NCBI GenBank assembly: GCA_027063065.1
Contig: JAMOSO010000007.1
Location: forward strand, 1,290 to 65,289
From: Planctomycetota bacterium
GTDB lineage: Bacteria > Planctomycetota > JAMOSO01
DNA: 64,000 nt
Direction of reading: 5' to 3'
The notes under the pieces are model-generated. The model ran no database searches, was not told the origin of the DNA, and saw nothing but the letters and a program-made list of their open reading frames with translations. Shown here piece after piece: positions 38,580-48,453 of this stretch. Position 1 is the first letter of the stretch, and each line of letters starts with the position of its first letter. The position numbers and the translations under genes were made by a program.

Positions 38580-40936
38580 TTTTTTGGATTAATTTTGATT
38601 ATTTTTTCTGGTGGGATTTTAACCATGAAGGTTGTCTCTGGCAAAGTGGTATTGTCTGTCTCTAGTAGGCTTAAATGTCCGCCAATTTCGCACATCATAT
38701 TAAATGCATTGTGTAATCCAAACCCATAGTGTTTGTTTTTGGTTGTAAAACCGTATTGAAATATACTATCTTTGTTTTTGGCTGGGATAGCTACGCCTTT
38801 ATTTGATATTGTAATTTTAATGCCTTGTGTTTCATTGCCACTTAATTTAACCTCTATATTTTGGTTGGGGTTTTCTTCTAATGATTCAATAGCATTATTT
38901 AATAGTTCAATAAAGACATGGGCTAATTTTGATTTGTTTAATTTGATATTTATGTTTGCGTTTATTTCATTGATCAACGAGATGTTATTTATTAATGCGT
39001 TTTGTTTAAACAATAAAAGTTCTGTTATCATATTTGTTAGGTTAAATTTTAAGTCAAACTCTGGGTAGCGGGTTAATTTTTTTTGTGATGTAATAGTTTG
39101 CGATATTAAGTCTAAACAATGTTTTAATTCGTTTTGCTGTATATTTATATCGCCATGTAGCTTTAAGATGCCTTTGTAAAAAGATGTTCCAAGTATCGAT
39201 AGGTGTCTAGATTTGTGTTCTATATCAAGATTAGGATTGTTTTTAATTTGATTAAATTCTTGATTTAGGCGTTCAAATGCTTTTAGTTCGTCATTTAAAT
39301 TGCTAGATAAATTGTCGTAGGCAGTGTTGGCAAGTACTAGACTGTTGCCAAATAGGTGCACAATATTGGTGGCTATTTCTGACTTGCCAGATTCATTGGC
39401 TTGTTGTAATAGTTCGGCTTTTACTTTTGCTAGCTCATTGGTGCGGTTGGCAACTTCTTTGCGTAGTTGCTGTTTTACTTCTTCTTGAAATTTAACATAT
39501 TCACTTACGTCATTGATTATTATTACTGCTCCTTGGCTGATAGGGTAAAAGGTAATATTTACTTGTCGTGTTGTATTGTTGTTTTCTAGTTGTAGTGTGA
39601 TATTTTCTTTTGTGGTTATACATTTGCATCCGATTGTTTTTTCTATTTCTTTTTTAAAAGGGTTTAATACATTTATGTATTCAAATAATGGGCGACCAGC
39701 GATACGGCGAATATCTAAATTGATAATTTTGCTTGCTGCTCTATTGGCAGTGGTAATAATTAATTTATGATCAATGACAAATATAATAGCGGGCATTGAA
39801 TCTATTATGTCTGTCAAATTATTGCGGGATTTAATTACGTTATCTCTCTGGGTTTGGATATGTCTAAATGCTTTTTCAATAGCATTGCCAATAACATTAA
39901 AGTCTTTTACTACAGTTTTTGTAAATGGTTTTATATTTGTGTAGGCTGTTTCGGAGTTTCTAATATATGTTAAAAGCTTAGATAGAGGTTTGTTTATAAA
40001 GAACGAAAAAAATAATAAGATAATTAAAATAATAATTATGTAAGCGACTGTTAATATTGGAAATTTATATTTGAATGTAGTAGGGGCTTTTTTAAGTGGG
40101 CTAGCTAATATTATATTTAACTTATTTTGTGTTTTGTTGTTATGTAATGGGTATGATTTACAATATATGGTATTTGCTTTAGTGTGTTGTTCTATCAAAT
40201 TGTATGGTGTATCTGTAAAGCGTAGTCCAATTTGTGATTTGGCGATATGTTTTGTAAATTCTTGGTAAAAACCTACTATGGGTTTATTGTTATAGGTTAT
40301 TAAAAAATCTTTATTATTTAGAATTTGAATAATTTTTGAATATATATTTAAGTTGTTGTTAATAATGGTTGCGCCTGTAATGGTTGCAATGACTTCGCCA
40401 TCTTGACTTAAGATTTCTTTGGAGCTTACTTGATAAAGCTTGATTTGTTTTTGATCATCGACAAATGAATATATAGAAGCATCGTCGTTATTGACGTTTT
40501 GTACGATTGAATTTAAAGTTTTTTTGCTGTACATACCCAAGCTTAGATTTAGCCAAACTTTGTTATTTTTTGTGATAAATAATATTTCACTCTGTTCAAT
40601 TTCAGAAAACAATATAATGCTATCTGCTTCGTTTAAGGTGGGTTGTTTTTGATTTGATTTTATAAGTTGAGAAAATCTTTTATTATTAGCTAAGTTAGAT
40701 ATGAAATTTTCGAGTTGCTTCCAATTTAAGTTAAGGCTGTACTCAATTGAAAGTTTGTTGTGATCAAATTGTGAGTTGACTTCATTTTTTAATATTTTTT
40801 GTGAATAATCATTGATTTCTAGGTATAGTCCACCTAGCCCGATGGCGGATATTAGTGTTATAAGTAAGATACTTAAATTAATTACTTTCCATTTGTTATT
40901 TGTTTTATCGTTTGGCATTAGAGTATCGAAAAGCAT
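38576..40936 (-). CDS. sensor histidine kinase (two TM helices with periplasmic domain, PAS, HisKA, HATPase_c)
   Basis: 786 aa. TM1 at about residues 20-40 and TM2 at about 290-312. PAS-like 'MPAIIFVIDHKLIITTANRAA'. HATPase N-box 'ELLNNAIESL' and G-boxes 'GFGLHNAF...GGHLSL'. No receiver domain. Confidence 0.75.
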   Translation of the reverse strand: MLFDTLMPNDKTNNKWKVINLSILLITLISAIGLGGLYLEINDYSQKILKNEVNSQFDHNKLSIEYSLNLNWKQLENFISNLANNKRFSQLIKSNQKQPTLNEADSIILFSEIEQSEILFITKNNKVWLNLSLGMYSKKTLNSIVQNVNNDDASIYSFVDDQKQIKLYQVSSKEILSQDGEVIATITGATIINNNLNIYSKIIQILNNKDFLITYNNKPIVGFYQEFTKHIAKSQIGLRFTDTPYNLIEQHTKANTIYCKSYPLHNNKTQNKLNIILASPLKKAPTTFKYKFPILTVAYIIIILIILLFFSFFINKPLSKLLTYIRNSETAYTNIKPFTKTVVKDFNVIGNAIEKAFRHIQTQRDNVIKSRNNLTDIIDSMPAIIFVIDHKLIITTANRAASKIINLDIRRIAGRPLFEYINVLNPFKKEIEKTIGCKCITTKENITLQLENNNTTRQVNITFYPISQGAVIIINDVSEYVKFQEEVKQQLRKEVANRTNELAKVKAELLQQANESGKSEIATNIVHLFGNSLVLANTAYDNLSSNLNDELKAFERLNQEFNQIKNNPNLDIEHKSRHLSILGTSFYKGILKLHGDINIQQNELKHCLDLISQTITSQKKLTRYPEFDLKFNLTNMITELLLFKQNALINNISLINEINANINIKLNKSKLAHVFIELLNNAIESLEENPNQNIEVKLSGNETQGIKITISNKGVAIPAKNKDSIFQYGFTTKNKHYGFGLHNAFNMMCEIGGHLSLLETDNTTLPETTFMVKIPPEKIIKINPKN

Positions 40937-41990
40937 ATTCTTTAATTTTTTTCAGTTCTGCTTTAGTGGTGTTTTGGTCGATAATTTTCATGGAACCAGA
41001 ATATATAATAGGCTTAGGTAATTTTTGGGCTTCTATATTTAGTTTAATTGCTTCGGCCATCGCAACACCATTGTCATCGTTAAGGCGCATTACTGTAAAA
41101 GCCATATCTTTTTTTGCTATTGATTTAAGCTCGTCGCTGCCTCCGCCCCAACCATTAACTATGGGTGGGTTTGATATGTCGCTGTCTTTAATTGCCGATA
41201 TTGCGCCTAGTGCAATGTCGGTGCTACAGGCGTATATAAAATCTAGCGAGTGTTGTTTTTTTAGTATTTTTGCTGTTGCTGTTTTAGCTGTTTGAAAATC
41301 AGCTTTAGTATAAAACGCATTGGTTAGTGTGAATTTAGACTTTTTAAATAAGTTTGTAAAATACAGGCCTCTTTGTCTGTTTATGGGAGAGTTTCTTAAG
41401 AAATATAAAATACCAAAATTTATTTTTTCTTTTTTGGCAAAGATTTTTTTATATTTATCGGCTAGCATTTTAGTGCCTTTGCGGTGAGAAAATCCAACAT
41501 ACATAAATGGTGGTGTGTTGCGCCATTTTTCTAGTGGCTCTACTAGGTTTTGAATAATTACTTTTGTATTTTTGGCAGCTAGAAGGTTAGAGATGGTTAT
41601 TTCGTCGCTTTTAGAGCTAATAGTAGTTACAAGATAATCTGGTTGTAGCAACATGGCTTTTTGAATGGCGATATGTGCTTTGCGTTTTTCGTAAATGGCG
41701 GTGGAAAATTCATAAAGTTTATAATTTATTTTTAATTCTTTCATACGTGCTTCAAATGATTGTATGCTACGTCTCCAGTAATCGGAATTTTGTTTTAGAG
41801 GTGTTGCAAACGCTATTGTTACATTCTTGTTTTGTAGGTTGGCTTTTATTGGTCTTGCAGGGGTTTTTATAATTTTTTGAAAGTTATCTTGAAAGCGTGT
41901 AGCTGTTTGTGTGTTATCTGCGAAGGTGTTGGCTAAAATGTTGCAGTTGGAATAGTTACAAATTAAAAATAATAGGATAATAATACGCAT
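40905..41990 (-). CDS. periplasmic binding protein (type I sugar-binding fold, TorT/LuxP-like)
   Basis: 361 aa with a signal peptide. Characteristic 'SDYWRRSIQSFE' and 'IVNGWGGGSDEL' hinge segments. It overlaps the kinase gene by 32 nt. Confidence 0.6.
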   Translation of the reverse strand: MRIIILLFLICNYSNCNILANTFADNTQTATRFQDNFQKIIKTPARPIKANLQNKNVTIAFATPLKQNSDYWRRSIQSFEARMKELKINYKLYEFSTAIYEKRKAHIAIQKAMLLQPDYLVTTISSKSDEITISNLLAAKNTKVIIQNLVEPLEKWRNTPPFMYVGFSHRKGTKMLADKYKKIFAKKEKINFGILYFLRNSPINRQRGLYFTNLFKKSKFTLTNAFYTKADFQTAKTATAKILKKQHSLDFIYACSTDIALGAISAIKDSDISNPPIVNGWGGGSDELKSIAKKDMAFTVMRLNDDNGVAMAEAIKLNIEAQKLPKPIIYSGSMKIIDQNTTKAELKKIKEYAFRYSNAKR

Positions 41991-42025
41991 AGTATGTCCT
42001 TATTAAAAGTATTATTACTGCAAAT

Positions 42026-42059
42026 ACAATGGCTTTTGCCGTAGTTCAAAAGCCATTGT
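42026..42059. terminator. perfect 12-bp hairpin, possible terminator of the small membrane-protein gene
   Basis: acaatggctttt / aaaagccattgt with a 10-nt loop. Only a weak T-tract lies on the minus-strand side. Confidence 0.3.
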
Positions 42060-42070
42060 ATTATAATTTG

Positions 42071-42373
42071 TTAGGAGTCTTTTTTGATTTGTAATTTTTT
42101 TATTTCGATGATTAATATACCGACAGCAGCAATTAATAAACCCATTTGGCATTGATTGAAATAATTTTCAGTGATACCTTGTTGCATGACATTTTGGGGT
42201 GAAATTAATATATATTGTATTAGTGAATATAAAAACCAATACGAACCGATACCAACAAAACCTACTCCAGAGGTCAAACCTAAAAAGCCCATTATTTTAA
42301 ATAAGGTTTTGTTAAACCAATTTTGAGCATCTTTTGCCTCAAGATCATAATTACATTCTTGTTTATCTTCCAT
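42071..42373 (-). CDS. small two-TM membrane protein
   Basis: 100 aa with two hydrophobic helices. Confidence 0.4.
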   Translation of the reverse strand: MEDKQECNYDLEAKDAQNWFNKTLFKIMGFLGLTSGVGFVGIGSYWFLYSLIQYILISPQNVMQQGITENYFNQCQMGLLIAAVGILIIEIKKLQIKKDS

Positions 42374-42526
42374 TTATATCTCCTTATTAAATTAATTATA
42401 GTTTAAAGATATAAAATGTAAAATCTAATAAAACTAGATAAATAATTATAATGTTAGATGTTGATTTATATCAATGTATCTTAATCAGCAGTGGCAACCG
42501 CGGAGGTAAGGCCATATAATAAGTTT

Positions 42527-43285
42527 ATGCTTATTTTAATTTCACCTACAAAAACATTAAATTTTGTGCAAAATATAAGCGGCTTGGCAGAAACCAAGCC
42601 GCTTTTTTTTGATAAAAGCGCAAGTCTAGTCAATGTAATAGCAGGTATGTCATTGGCTCAGATTAAAACTATTTTTAAATTAAGTGACATGTTGTCTCAA
42701 AAAACATTTAATGAATATCAAGATTGGTCGGTAACAGATATACAAAATCCAGCGATTTATTCTTATGCTGGTACTGTTTTTGATAAGATGAATCCATCTC
42801 AATTTTCTTTAGAAGATATGCAGTTTGCACAATTACATTTATGTATTATTGATGGTTTATATGGTTTGTTACGTCCTATGGATATGATTAAAAGATATCG
42901 CTTAGAAATGAATACAAAAATACCGTTACACGGCTTTAAAAATTTATATGCATTTTGGTGCGATTTAATAACCTCTTATTTGCAAACACAATTATGCCAG
43001 TCAGACTATATTATAAACTTAGCTTCCAAAGAATATTTTAAGGCTATTAAATTTGAAGATTTAAACGTTTTAGTAATTACGCCTACCTTTGCAGAATGGT
43101 CAAATGGTGTATTAAAAACAAAAGCGACTTATGCCAAACAAGCTAGGGGGTTAATGGTGGCTTTTTGTATTAAAAATCAAATAGAAAACCCCAATGATTT
43201 AAAGCTTTTTAATCAAGAAGGATATGAGTTTTCTGAAACGCATTCCAACAAAAATAATTTTGTTTTTATCAGAAAATCACAATAA
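42527..43285 (+). CDS. yaaA: peroxide stress protein YaaA (UPF0246/DUF328)
   Basis: It begins 'MLILISPTKTLNF' like E. coli YaaA. The start is placed at the internal Met of the track ORF. Confidence 0.8.
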   Translation: MLILISPTKTLNFVQNISGLAETKPLFFDKSASLVNVIAGMSLAQIKTIFKLSDMLSQKTFNEYQDWSVTDIQNPAIYSYAGTVFDKMNPSQFSLEDMQFAQLHLCIIDGLYGLLRPMDMIKRYRLEMNTKIPLHGFKNLYAFWCDLITSYLQTQLCQSDYIINLASKEYFKAIKFEDLNVLVITPTFAEWSNGVLKTKATYAKQARGLMVAFCIKNQIENPNDLKLFNQEGYEFSETHSNKNNFVFIRKSQ

Positions 43286-43502
43286 TTAACATTATTTTGA
43301 CAAGGATTTTAACATCGGTTTTGTTATAGTGTGTATATAATTAAATTGGAGAGCATAGTATTATGAAGTATAAGCCATTTTTAAAATGGACTCTTTAAAT
43401 TGTAGGAGGATATTAAGTAATTCTGATGTTAAGGCTGATTATGGAACAGATACAATAGATACGTTTATAGATTAGCAATTTAGTTAAAGGTAATAAATTA
43501 AT

Positions 43503-44549
43503 ATGAGTATAGAACAAAAATTAGAAGTGATTTGTGGTAATATTCCAGAGTTGGATATGGGCTGGGCAAAGTGTGCTAAGACTAGATTTAATGAGTCATT
43601 TTTGCAAGGTGGTGGTTTGGGTACTTTAGTAGAACCAGCATCAATTGTTGCGGCAATTAACGAAGATTTATTATCTGGAATTAAAAGTAAAATGTTATAT
43701 ATGGTTGCTGCTGATCACGGTTTATTGCGCAATTTTGATGTGTCAACTTTTGGCTCAGATTTTTTAAATGAAGCTAGTCAAGCAATTTTAAATAATAAAT
43801 CTGCGGGAACAATTACTGCAAAAGCATCGGGGGTTAAAGTACGTTTGATAGATGCTGGTATTAAGGGTAAAATAGAAAAACACCGCCATTATATCGAGAT
43901 AGGTAAACGCATATCCGCAGATATAACCATTGAAAATGCTTTTAGTCGTAATGAAACCCTTGAGGCAATTGGCGCAGGTGTTGGGTTGGTTGAGGTTGGA
44001 GTCAGAGCTACAATGGATTGCATTGCTGTTGCTTCATTGGGAGTGGGTGCCGAGCTTAGTGCATTATCTTTATTGGGTGCAATTACAGATTTAAAAGCGG
44101 AACAACTTTTAGATAATACAGATGAAAAATATACGCAAAAACGCACAGTAATAAATAAGTCAATAAATCGTACTAATAAAAATCAAAATGCCATAGATTT
44201 ATTAGCTACAATTGGTGGTGCTGATATAGCGGCCTTGGTGGGTATTTGTTTGTCTGGTGCTTTTTATAGGCGACCAATTGTTTTAGACGGCATAGCATCT
44301 TTGGTTGCAGGTATTATTGCTTGCGAATTAGCACCCGAAGTGCGCGGATATTTATTGGCTGCTCAAGAAGGATATGACAATGCAACTGATAGAGCATTGG
44401 AATGTTTACAAGTGCCTGCCATAATTGATATGGGCATAGGTGAAGGTGATGGCACTGCAGCATCTATTGCCTTAAATGTTTTGGATACCAGTATGCAGTT
44501 ATTAAATAAATTACCAACTTGTAAAAATGTAGGTATCAACAAAATTTAA
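43503..44549 (+). CDS. cobT: nicotinate-nucleotide--dimethylbenzimidazole phosphoribosyltransferase
   Basis: It aligns by eye with Salmonella CobT at 'LYMVAADHGLL' (LVMCADHGV), 'VRLIDAGI', 'PIVLDGIASLVAGIIACELAPEVRGYLL' and 'GIGEGDGTAASIAL'. Confidence 0.75.
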   Translation: MSIEQKLEVICGNIPELDMGWAKCAKTRFNESFLQGGGLGTLVEPASIVAAINEDLLSGIKSKMLYMVAADHGLLRNFDVSTFGSDFLNEASQAILNNKSAGTITAKASGVKVRLIDAGIKGKIEKHRHYIEIGKRISADITIENAFSRNETLEAIGAGVGLVEVGVRATMDCIAVASLGVGAELSALSLLGAITDLKAEQLLDNTDEKYTQKRTVINKSINRTNKNQNAIDLLATIGGADIAALVGICLSGAFYRRPIVLDGIASLVAGIIACELAPEVRGYLLAAQEGYDNATDRALECLQVPAIIDMGIGEGDGTAASIALNVLDTSMQLLNKLPTCKNVGINKI

Positions 44550-44550
44550 A

Positions 44551-46323
44551 ATGTTACCTAAAAAAGATTTTGTTTTTCTGGATAACGCATTAAAAAGTGA
44601 ATCTGGTTTTGGTTTTGGAAAGCATCAATTGCTTTTTACTAACCCACATAAGCAGTTGGTGTTAAAATCATTTAAACAGGTCAATTCATTTTTTGATGAT
44701 ATAGAAAGGTTATCTAAAAATTTTTGGTTAGCTGGATATTTTACTTATGAGCTAGGTCATTATTTTAATACAGGTATAGCCAAAGCAATAAATACTCCAC
44801 TGGCTTGGCTTGGTGTATTTGATGAACCAAAAGAACCAAATCAAAATTTTTTATCGATGACGCAATCATTTGATATGTCCCAAGGGGCTTTATCACAAAC
44901 CAAGCAAGAATATTTTAAAGCTATTGATTTAATTAAATTAGCCATTGAATCAGGTGTTACTTATCAGGTTAATTATTGTTTAGCATATTTGTTTAAACTC
45001 TGCGGAGATCCGTGGGGGCTTTATAAATTTATGCGTTCTCAACAACCAGTGTCCCATGGGGCTGTATTACAATGTGCAAATATGTGGGCTATTTCAGCTA
45101 GCCCAGAATTGTTTTTTAATTGTAAGTCAAATAAATTACGATCCAAGCCTATGAAGGGTACAGCTTGTCGAGGGCGTAATAATTATGAAGATAACCAACA
45201 ATCTAAATGGTTGCAAAATGATATAAAATCACGGGCAGAAAATGCAATGATTGTAGATTTATTACGCAACGATATTGGGGCGTTATCTGAGTTGGGCTCA
45301 GTTAAAGTGAAAAATTTATTTGATATAGAAAAATACCCAAGCTTATTGCAAATGGTATCTAGCGTTGAAGGTAAATTAAAAAACAATACATCTTGGCAAA
45401 CAATGTTTACAAAGTTATTTCCCTGCGGTTCTATTACTGGTGCGCCAAAAATATCTACGATGCATTTAATTGATCAATTAGAGACTCGGCCTAGAGGTGT
45501 TTATACAGGTGCAATAGGTTATATACATAAAAATTTAGCAGAATTTTCTGTGCCGATCAGAACGGTTCAGTTACAAGAAAATCCCTTGGGTGATTTTAAT
45601 GCAAGCTTAGGCTTAGGTAGTGGAATTATTATGGATTCTGATGCACAATCAGAGTTTGATGAATGTTTACTAAAAGCAAAATTTTTGCAATATAGATACC
45701 CAGATTTCCAATTGTTAGAAACTATGTTATGTAAAAATGGTACTATAGAGTTATTGGATTATCATTTAAATCGAGTGCGAGAGTCGGCTATTTATTTTGG
45801 ATGGGATTTAAATCATCAGTTAATTAAGCAACAAATATTGTCTTTAATCGTAAGCTTAAAGGGATATTATCGTATCAGAATGTTAATTTTTAAAGATGGT
45901 CGATGTAAAATTGAAAAATTTTCTTTTAAAACAGATAAATCTAATCAATTACTTAATGTAACAATTAGTAATCAGCGTATAGATTTGAAAGATTGTTTTC
46001 ATTTGCATAAAACTACTAATAGAAGTTTTTACGATAAGCAATTTTCTATGGCACAAAAACGGGGCTTTGCAGATATTGTATTTTGTAATAAAGATGGTTT
46101 GCTTACACAAGGTGCTATTAGCAATATTTGGATTAAGCGTAAAGGTGTACTATTGACCCCGCCTGTTTATGTGGGTGCGTTGCCAGGTGTTTATCGCCAA
46201 TATTTATTGGATAGGGGGGCAAAAGAATCAAAATTATATTTAGATGATTTAAAAAATGCAGATGAAATATATTTATCTAATGCCCTGCGTGGTTTGCGCA
46301 GGGTTACATTAAATATTAATTAA
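44551..46323 (+). CDS. pabB: aminodeoxychorismate synthase component I fused to aminodeoxychorismate lyase (PabB-PabC)
   Basis: Chorismate-utilising core 'PCGSITGAPK' and a 'KPMKGTA' motif carrying Lys, which is PabB-type rather than TrpE-type Ala. The C-terminal roughly 200 aa are class-IV aminotransferase/ADC-lyase-like. Confidence 0.75.
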   Translation: MLPKKDFVFLDNALKSESGFGFGKHQLLFTNPHKQLVLKSFKQVNSFFDDIERLSKNFWLAGYFTYELGHYFNTGIAKAINTPLAWLGVFDEPKEPNQNFLSMTQSFDMSQGALSQTKQEYFKAIDLIKLAIESGVTYQVNYCLAYLFKLCGDPWGLYKFMRSQQPVSHGAVLQCANMWAISASPELFFNCKSNKLRSKPMKGTACRGRNNYEDNQQSKWLQNDIKSRAENAMIVDLLRNDIGALSELGSVKVKNLFDIEKYPSLLQMVSSVEGKLKNNTSWQTMFTKLFPCGSITGAPKISTMHLIDQLETRPRGVYTGAIGYIHKNLAEFSVPIRTVQLQENPLGDFNASLGLGSGIIMDSDAQSEFDECLLKAKFLQYRYPDFQLLETMLCKNGTIELLDYHLNRVRESAIYFGWDLNHQLIKQQILSLIVSLKGYYRIRMLIFKDGRCKIEKFSFKTDKSNQLLNVTISNQRIDLKDCFHLHKTTNRSFYDKQFSMAQKRGFADIVFCNKDGLLTQGAISNIWIKRKGVLLTPPVYVGALPGVYRQYLLDRGAKESKLYLDDLKNADEIYLSNALRGLRRVTLNIN

Positions 46324-47326
46324 TTTTTTTTGCTTCAATTAGCCAGTGAGGCAATGGGGCTGGCAATTTTGTGGTGCAAGCATTTTTAAAATTGGCATTA
46401 CTTAACCATTGTTTTATTTCTGTATCGCTAAAAACCCACCCATTGTCAGTAGTGAGAGCCATATTGATAGCAAACAAAGCCGAAAACGTAGGTTGTGTAT
46501 GGGTTTTATCTGTCATCATATCTAAAATATAAATTTTACCACCCGGTTTTAAAGCTGTATAAGCTTTTGATAATAACTTTTTTATGTCCTCGGGACTTTC
46601 TTGGTGTAGCATACCAAAAAAATTAATGGCATCCATATTTTGTGGAAATTCTATTTCATGATAACTACCTGCTAAAGTGCTAACTTGTTGATCCATATTA
46701 TGATCGGTAATGATTTCTTGCGCCACTTTTACGACTTCTGGTAAATCTAGTACGATTGATTTTAATCGTGGGTAGGCTTTGGCAATTAAAATGGAGTATG
46801 TGCCGGGGCCACCACCAATATCAAGTAGTCGTGAACAATTGTTATAATCTAAGTGTGGTATTAGACCTTTGCCAATTGCCATAGCTCTACCGTGCATTGA
46901 ATAAACAAAAGTTCTAGTTCTGTTTAAATCACTGCCTAGGTGTATTTCTGGTTTTTCTACTGGCTTACCAGATTTAATTAATTGTGGCAATTTACCCCAT
47001 GCATTATATACATCACGGTTATAGCGAATGGCTTTAGATAAATCTGCGGGTGAATTTTCACTTAAAAATATGGAGCTTATTTCTGTATTATTATAGGTAT
47101 CATTATTTTTTTGTAATAATTGTAGGGCGACACAACCATCTAACAATAATCTTGCACCACGTGTATCTATTTTTAAATCTTTGCTGATGTGTTGAATATC
47201 TTGATTTGGATTGTTTTGTAGATATGTAAAAACACCTAAATCACTGGCAGTGAATAAAATACAAGAGTCATAAAAAGCAGAAGCCATATCAGTAATATAT
47301 TTTGGATTTATTTTATTAGATTGCAT
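46316..47326 (-). CDS. class I SAM-dependent O-methyltransferase (COMT-like, with dimerisation domain)
   Basis: 'LLDIGGGPGTYSILIA' motif I, plus an N-terminal winged-helix dimerisation region. Confidence 0.75.
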   Translation of the reverse strand: MQSNKINPKYITDMASAFYDSCILFTASDLGVFTYLQNNPNQDIQHISKDLKIDTRGARLLLDGCVALQLLQKNNDTYNNTEISSIFLSENSPADLSKAIRYNRDVYNAWGKLPQLIKSGKPVEKPEIHLGSDLNRTRTFVYSMHGRAMAIGKGLIPHLDYNNCSRLLDIGGGPGTYSILIAKAYPRLKSIVLDLPEVVKVAQEIITDHNMDQQVSTLAGSYHEIEFPQNMDAINFFGMLHQESPEDIKKLLSKAYTALKPGGKIYILDMMTDKTHTQPTFSALFAINMALTTDNGWVFSDTEIKQWLSNANFKNACTTKLPAPLPHWLIEAKKIN

Positions 47327-48437
47327 TTATTTTCTCCATGGCGAAATAGTATTCGTTAATAATTGATTTGGTTAAACCAATATTTTGTAAATTTGTTGGC
47401 AGTACATTAAAAGTGTAGGTTTCGATTTCAAAATGTTTTACACCAATTTTTAAAGCCGTTTTAAAAAAATCTAAATCAATTTGATTATTGGTAGTTTTTA
47501 TATTGTCATAACCATTAAAATAAATCGGCAAATGAAAATGTATTCTCATCTCTTGCCATAAATCAGTATTTTGTTGCATAATGTCTGGTGATAAATCGCT
47601 AAAACTTAAAATATTTTTATTTGTTTTTATTTTAACTTGATGTAAATATTTATCATCGTAAAACTCGTGCAATAAATTTTGTTGAAAATTTTTATCAATA
47701 CGCAAAGCGGAAGATATTTGTATTTTATTAATAGGTATATTGGCGGCGTGTAGATTAAGTAAGCTTTGGGTTAAGTTCTCATATTGAATAGCTAAATGGC
47801 AGGTATCAAAACATAGTCCAATATATTGTTGAGTTATATTATTTAATTGTTGATAAAAATCAATAAATTCTTGGCTAGTTTCTATACAACAGTCAGGTTC
47901 TGGTTCAATGGCAATATCAATATGTTTGCCAGTTTTTAATTCTATGTGTTGTAAAAATAGAGCAATATCATTTAATTTTTTTTTGGATTGTTTAATTTTA
48001 TCCCAAGAATTATTATTGGTTTTATATGAGATGGGTATACTACTAATCGATCCATTAATATTGTCTGGTAATAGCTCAGCCATAATATTGCAAACTCGTT
48101 TAGAGTATTGCAATCTTTCTGATGAGGTCCAGTCGGGATAGTATACCTTTGTTTTTAAATTTGGAGTAAAAAAATCACCATAGGGAAAAGCATTTATTGT
48201 AAAACAATATAAATTATGTTTGATTAAAAACTCTTTAAATCTGTTTAAATTATTTGGTTTTTCTAGCTCTATAGAGGCTTTATTAGATAGGTATAAACCT
48301 AATCCAAATGGTTGATCAGGGCATATTTGATTTTTTATTTTTAGTGAATATTCTTTAATAGCTAAGGAAATTTCATCAATATTATTTGCATTATGTACGT
48401 TAAGGCAATAGGTTAAATGGCAATTTTGAATTTGCAT
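47316..48437 (-). CDS. EboE-like TIM-barrel (xylose-isomerase-like) protein, putative
   Basis: 373 aa. Its position after the DHQS-like and UbiA genes matches the eboC-eboD-eboE order. The fold assignment is inferred, not motif-proven. Confidence 0.45.
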   Translation of the reverse strand: MQIQNCHLTYCLNVHNANNIDEISLAIKEYSLKIKNQICPDQPFGLGLYLSNKASIELEKPNNLNRFKEFLIKHNLYCFTINAFPYGDFFTPNLKTKVYYPDWTSSERLQYSKRVCNIMAELLPDNINGSISSIPISYKTNNNSWDKIKQSKKKLNDIALFLQHIELKTGKHIDIAIEPEPDCCIETSQEFIDFYQQLNNITQQYIGLCFDTCHLAIQYENLTQSLLNLHAANIPINKIQISSALRIDKNFQQNLLHEFYDDKYLHQVKIKTNKNILSFSDLSPDIMQQNTDLWQEMRIHFHLPIYFNGYDNIKTTNNQIDLDFFKTALKIGVKHFEIETYTFNVLPTNLQNIGLTKSIINEYYFAMEKINAI

Positions 48438-48453
48438 ATTTAATAAATGTCAG

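Noticed and set aside
43286-43502. Possible cobalamin riboswitch upstream of cobT. I made the same check in 21565..21860 upstream of nrdJ.
   Set aside because: I found no B12-box-like element (AGYCMGGAAGRCCTGCC / GCCACTG core) on either strand by eye. The regions are very AT-rich.
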